Shown piece by piece: positions 62,067-64,000 of a stretch of DNA of 64,000 nucleotides. A model generated the notes under the pieces. That model saw only the letters and a list, made by a program, of their open reading frames with translations. It made no database searches and was not told where the DNA came from. The DNA comes from Calcarisporiella thermophila CBS 279.70. Taxonomy: Eukaryota; Fungi; Calcarisporiellomycota. The DNA lies in NCBI RefSeq assembly GCF_041956535.1, contig NW_027192211.1, positions 304,684-368,683 on the forward strand, given 5' to 3'. Within the stretch, counting starts at the first letter, position 1; each line of letters starts with the position of its first letter. Both the position numbers and the translations under genes were made by a program.

Positions 62067-63659
62067 ATGACCAAAAGGATGACGTTGTCAGCTCTATGCC
62101 TTCTTCTCATATTAGGTGTTTGTTCATCGGTCCCACTTTTGTCTCGTGACGAGACGCCCAATATGTTCCCTAGGGTAAACGACGCAAAAACCGCTTTTAT
62201 TGTTAATGGAGAGCCATGGCTCATGGTGGGCGCTAATTTCTGGCAAGGTATTTAAATACGGCTCAATCAGATGAGTGGCCATGTTTGAAATTTTCCATAT
62301 GAATCCCTCATATTAGCTATGAACTTGGGTGCCGTTGATGAGGCCAATGGAAATCGCGCCGTCTTGCTTCAAAATCTCAAGGACATGCAGGCCTTAGGAA
62401 TCAATCACCTGCGCATCATGGCCGCTTCGGAAGGGCCTGACGACCAGCCAGCTCGAATGATCCCCTCACTGATGCCATCTCCTGGGAAGTATAATACCCA
62501 AGTGTTTGAAGGGCTGGACTATGCGCTGGATGTGATATCCAAGCACAATTTCACGGTAACGATGCAGTTGAACAACTTTTGGTCATGGAGCGGGGGAATG
62601 GCCCAGTATGTGAATTGGGCCACGGGAAACAAAACTCAAATCCCATACCCTCCCCAGTGGCCGGACTTCAAGGGCGGTGACTATGTAAGGATTTCGTCCG
62701 AGTATGGCTGTTTTCCCTGGTTGCCTATCTCGTCTCTTGCTCTTCTTTAGGCAACCTTTACCAGATATGCTGCTCGCTTCTACAACGATCCTGCCATCTA
62801 TGATGAATGCCAACGTATTTGGCGGGAGCATATCAAGACTGTAATTTTGCGGCGTAATACAGTCAATGGTCGTATATATCGCGATGATCCAACCATTTTT
62901 TCTTGGGAGCTGGCAAACGAGCCTGTGCAGTCCGCAGATTCCCCCGCAAAATGGATCGAAGACACCGCGAATTACATCAAATCACTCGATCCCAACCATA
63001 TGGTGACTGTGGGAGTGGAGTCCAAGTTTGACAAGAACGAATTCACCCAAACCCATAACCACAAGAATATTGACTATGTATGTCTTCCCTGTTGCGTCCT
63101 GAATTGTTTCTTTTGGCTGCTAACGATGATGCATTATCTACACAGGCTACGTCGCATTGCTGGGTAGAAAACTGGGGTATATATAATGCTTCCGATCCAA
63201 GTCCCGAAAACCTCAAAAGGTATTTCTACCCTTTCTCTCCCTATTCTCTCCACAAGCTCACCAAGAAAACCCAAATTTAGGGCGGAAGACTTTGCTCTCT
63301 CTTTCCTCGCTAACACGTCGACATGGGCTAAAAGCATCAAAAAGCCTATCGTTTTAGAGGAGTTTGGGATGGCACGTGACGCGTTCTCCGGTCCGAAAGC
63401 TTCGCCATCGACCCCTACGACTAATAAGGATCACTACTACAAGACGATTTTTAGCAAGATCGTTGACCTGGAGAAGCAGGGGGGATATGCTGGATTTGCG
63501 TTCTGGGCGTACTCGGGAGTAGCACGTCCGAATGAGACGTTATGGATTGGCGATCCCCCACACGAACTGCCGGGATGGTATTCTGTGTATAACAAAGACA
63601 CCACAGCGGAGGTTATCAAAGAGTATGCGAAAAAGACTAGTGAAGTGTTGAAGAGCTAG
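62067..63659 (+). CDS. Secreted GH5 (subfamily 7-like) beta-mannanase/mannosidase
   Basis: Signal peptide, GANFWQ, LRIMAASEG, NNFWSWSGGMAQY, acid/base WELANEP, nucleophile LEEFG and GDPPHE.PGWYSVY. Four introns. Confidence 0.92.
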
Positions 63660-64000
63660 GAGGAAATTGGACCCTTGGTGTTGGATATCCTGCGCTATCT
63701 TCCACTCTATCCCTCACTTCCAATGGGAAGTGTAACGTGTTCGCTTATAGTAATAAATCCTTTTTTTTGGAGATCTAGTTCTATTTATATGTGCAAGCGA
63801 CCTATATTGATAGAAATGCATTTATAAAGCAAACACGAAAGGCTAGACGATGTTGCGCTGAGGACAAAATAGTTGCGTAATAAACCACAAACGCAGTCTA
63901 TCGAACATATGGATCCTTTTTTAAAAAAAATAAAGAGGGAGAGAAAGCCTTGCTACTCAGGGTGTGCGTTTGACAAAAAAAAAAAAAAAAAAAAAAAGAA

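Noticed and set aside
63975-64000. Terminal poly(A) run as a retroelement tail
   Set aside because: A/T homopolymers are frequent throughout the intergenic DNA, and no element body or target-site duplication is visible.

Overview
This is an intron-rich, gene-dense window from a fungal nuclear genome. Short (~60-100 nt) GT-AG introns, an APSES factor, and retention of SNAPC3, WDR7 and a TGFBRAP1-type Vps3 suggest an early-diverging lineage such as Mucoromycota (inference). I can support about 25 spliced or single-exon protein genes: Dbf2-type kinase, CUE protein, Not3/5, Otu1, Rps26, Qcr10, perilipin-like protein, two alpha-arrestins, Sec24C/D, an SDR, an SH3 protein, TGFBRAP1/Vps3, an Sds3-like protein, a Mcp5/Num1-PH protein, a StuA-like factor, SNAPC3, Yra1, WDR7, a PA-TM-RING E3, a Ran1/Pat1-like kinase, a beta-hydroxyacid dehydrogenase, a UPF0014 permease and a GH5_7 mannanase. 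Two tRNAs are present (Phe-GAA, Leu-CAG). No transposon, CRISPR array or biosynthetic cluster is evident. The most unusual observation is a set of 3-4 intergenic segments (about 2.9-3.3, 25.5-25.7, 48.9-49.3 and 54.7-54.85 kb) that fold by hand into nested, strand-polarised RNA-like structures. They share small motifs in the same order and may be an unannotated ncRNA or cis-RNA family; this rests on hand folding only and needs computational testing. Other points of interest are a 3-exon 92-aa microprotein gene with a PP1-docking RVxF motif that the ORF track misses, two GC-AG introns, an Otu1 without its UBX-like domain, and a GC-rich palindrome in the StuA divergent promoter. All exon boundaries were deduced by eye.
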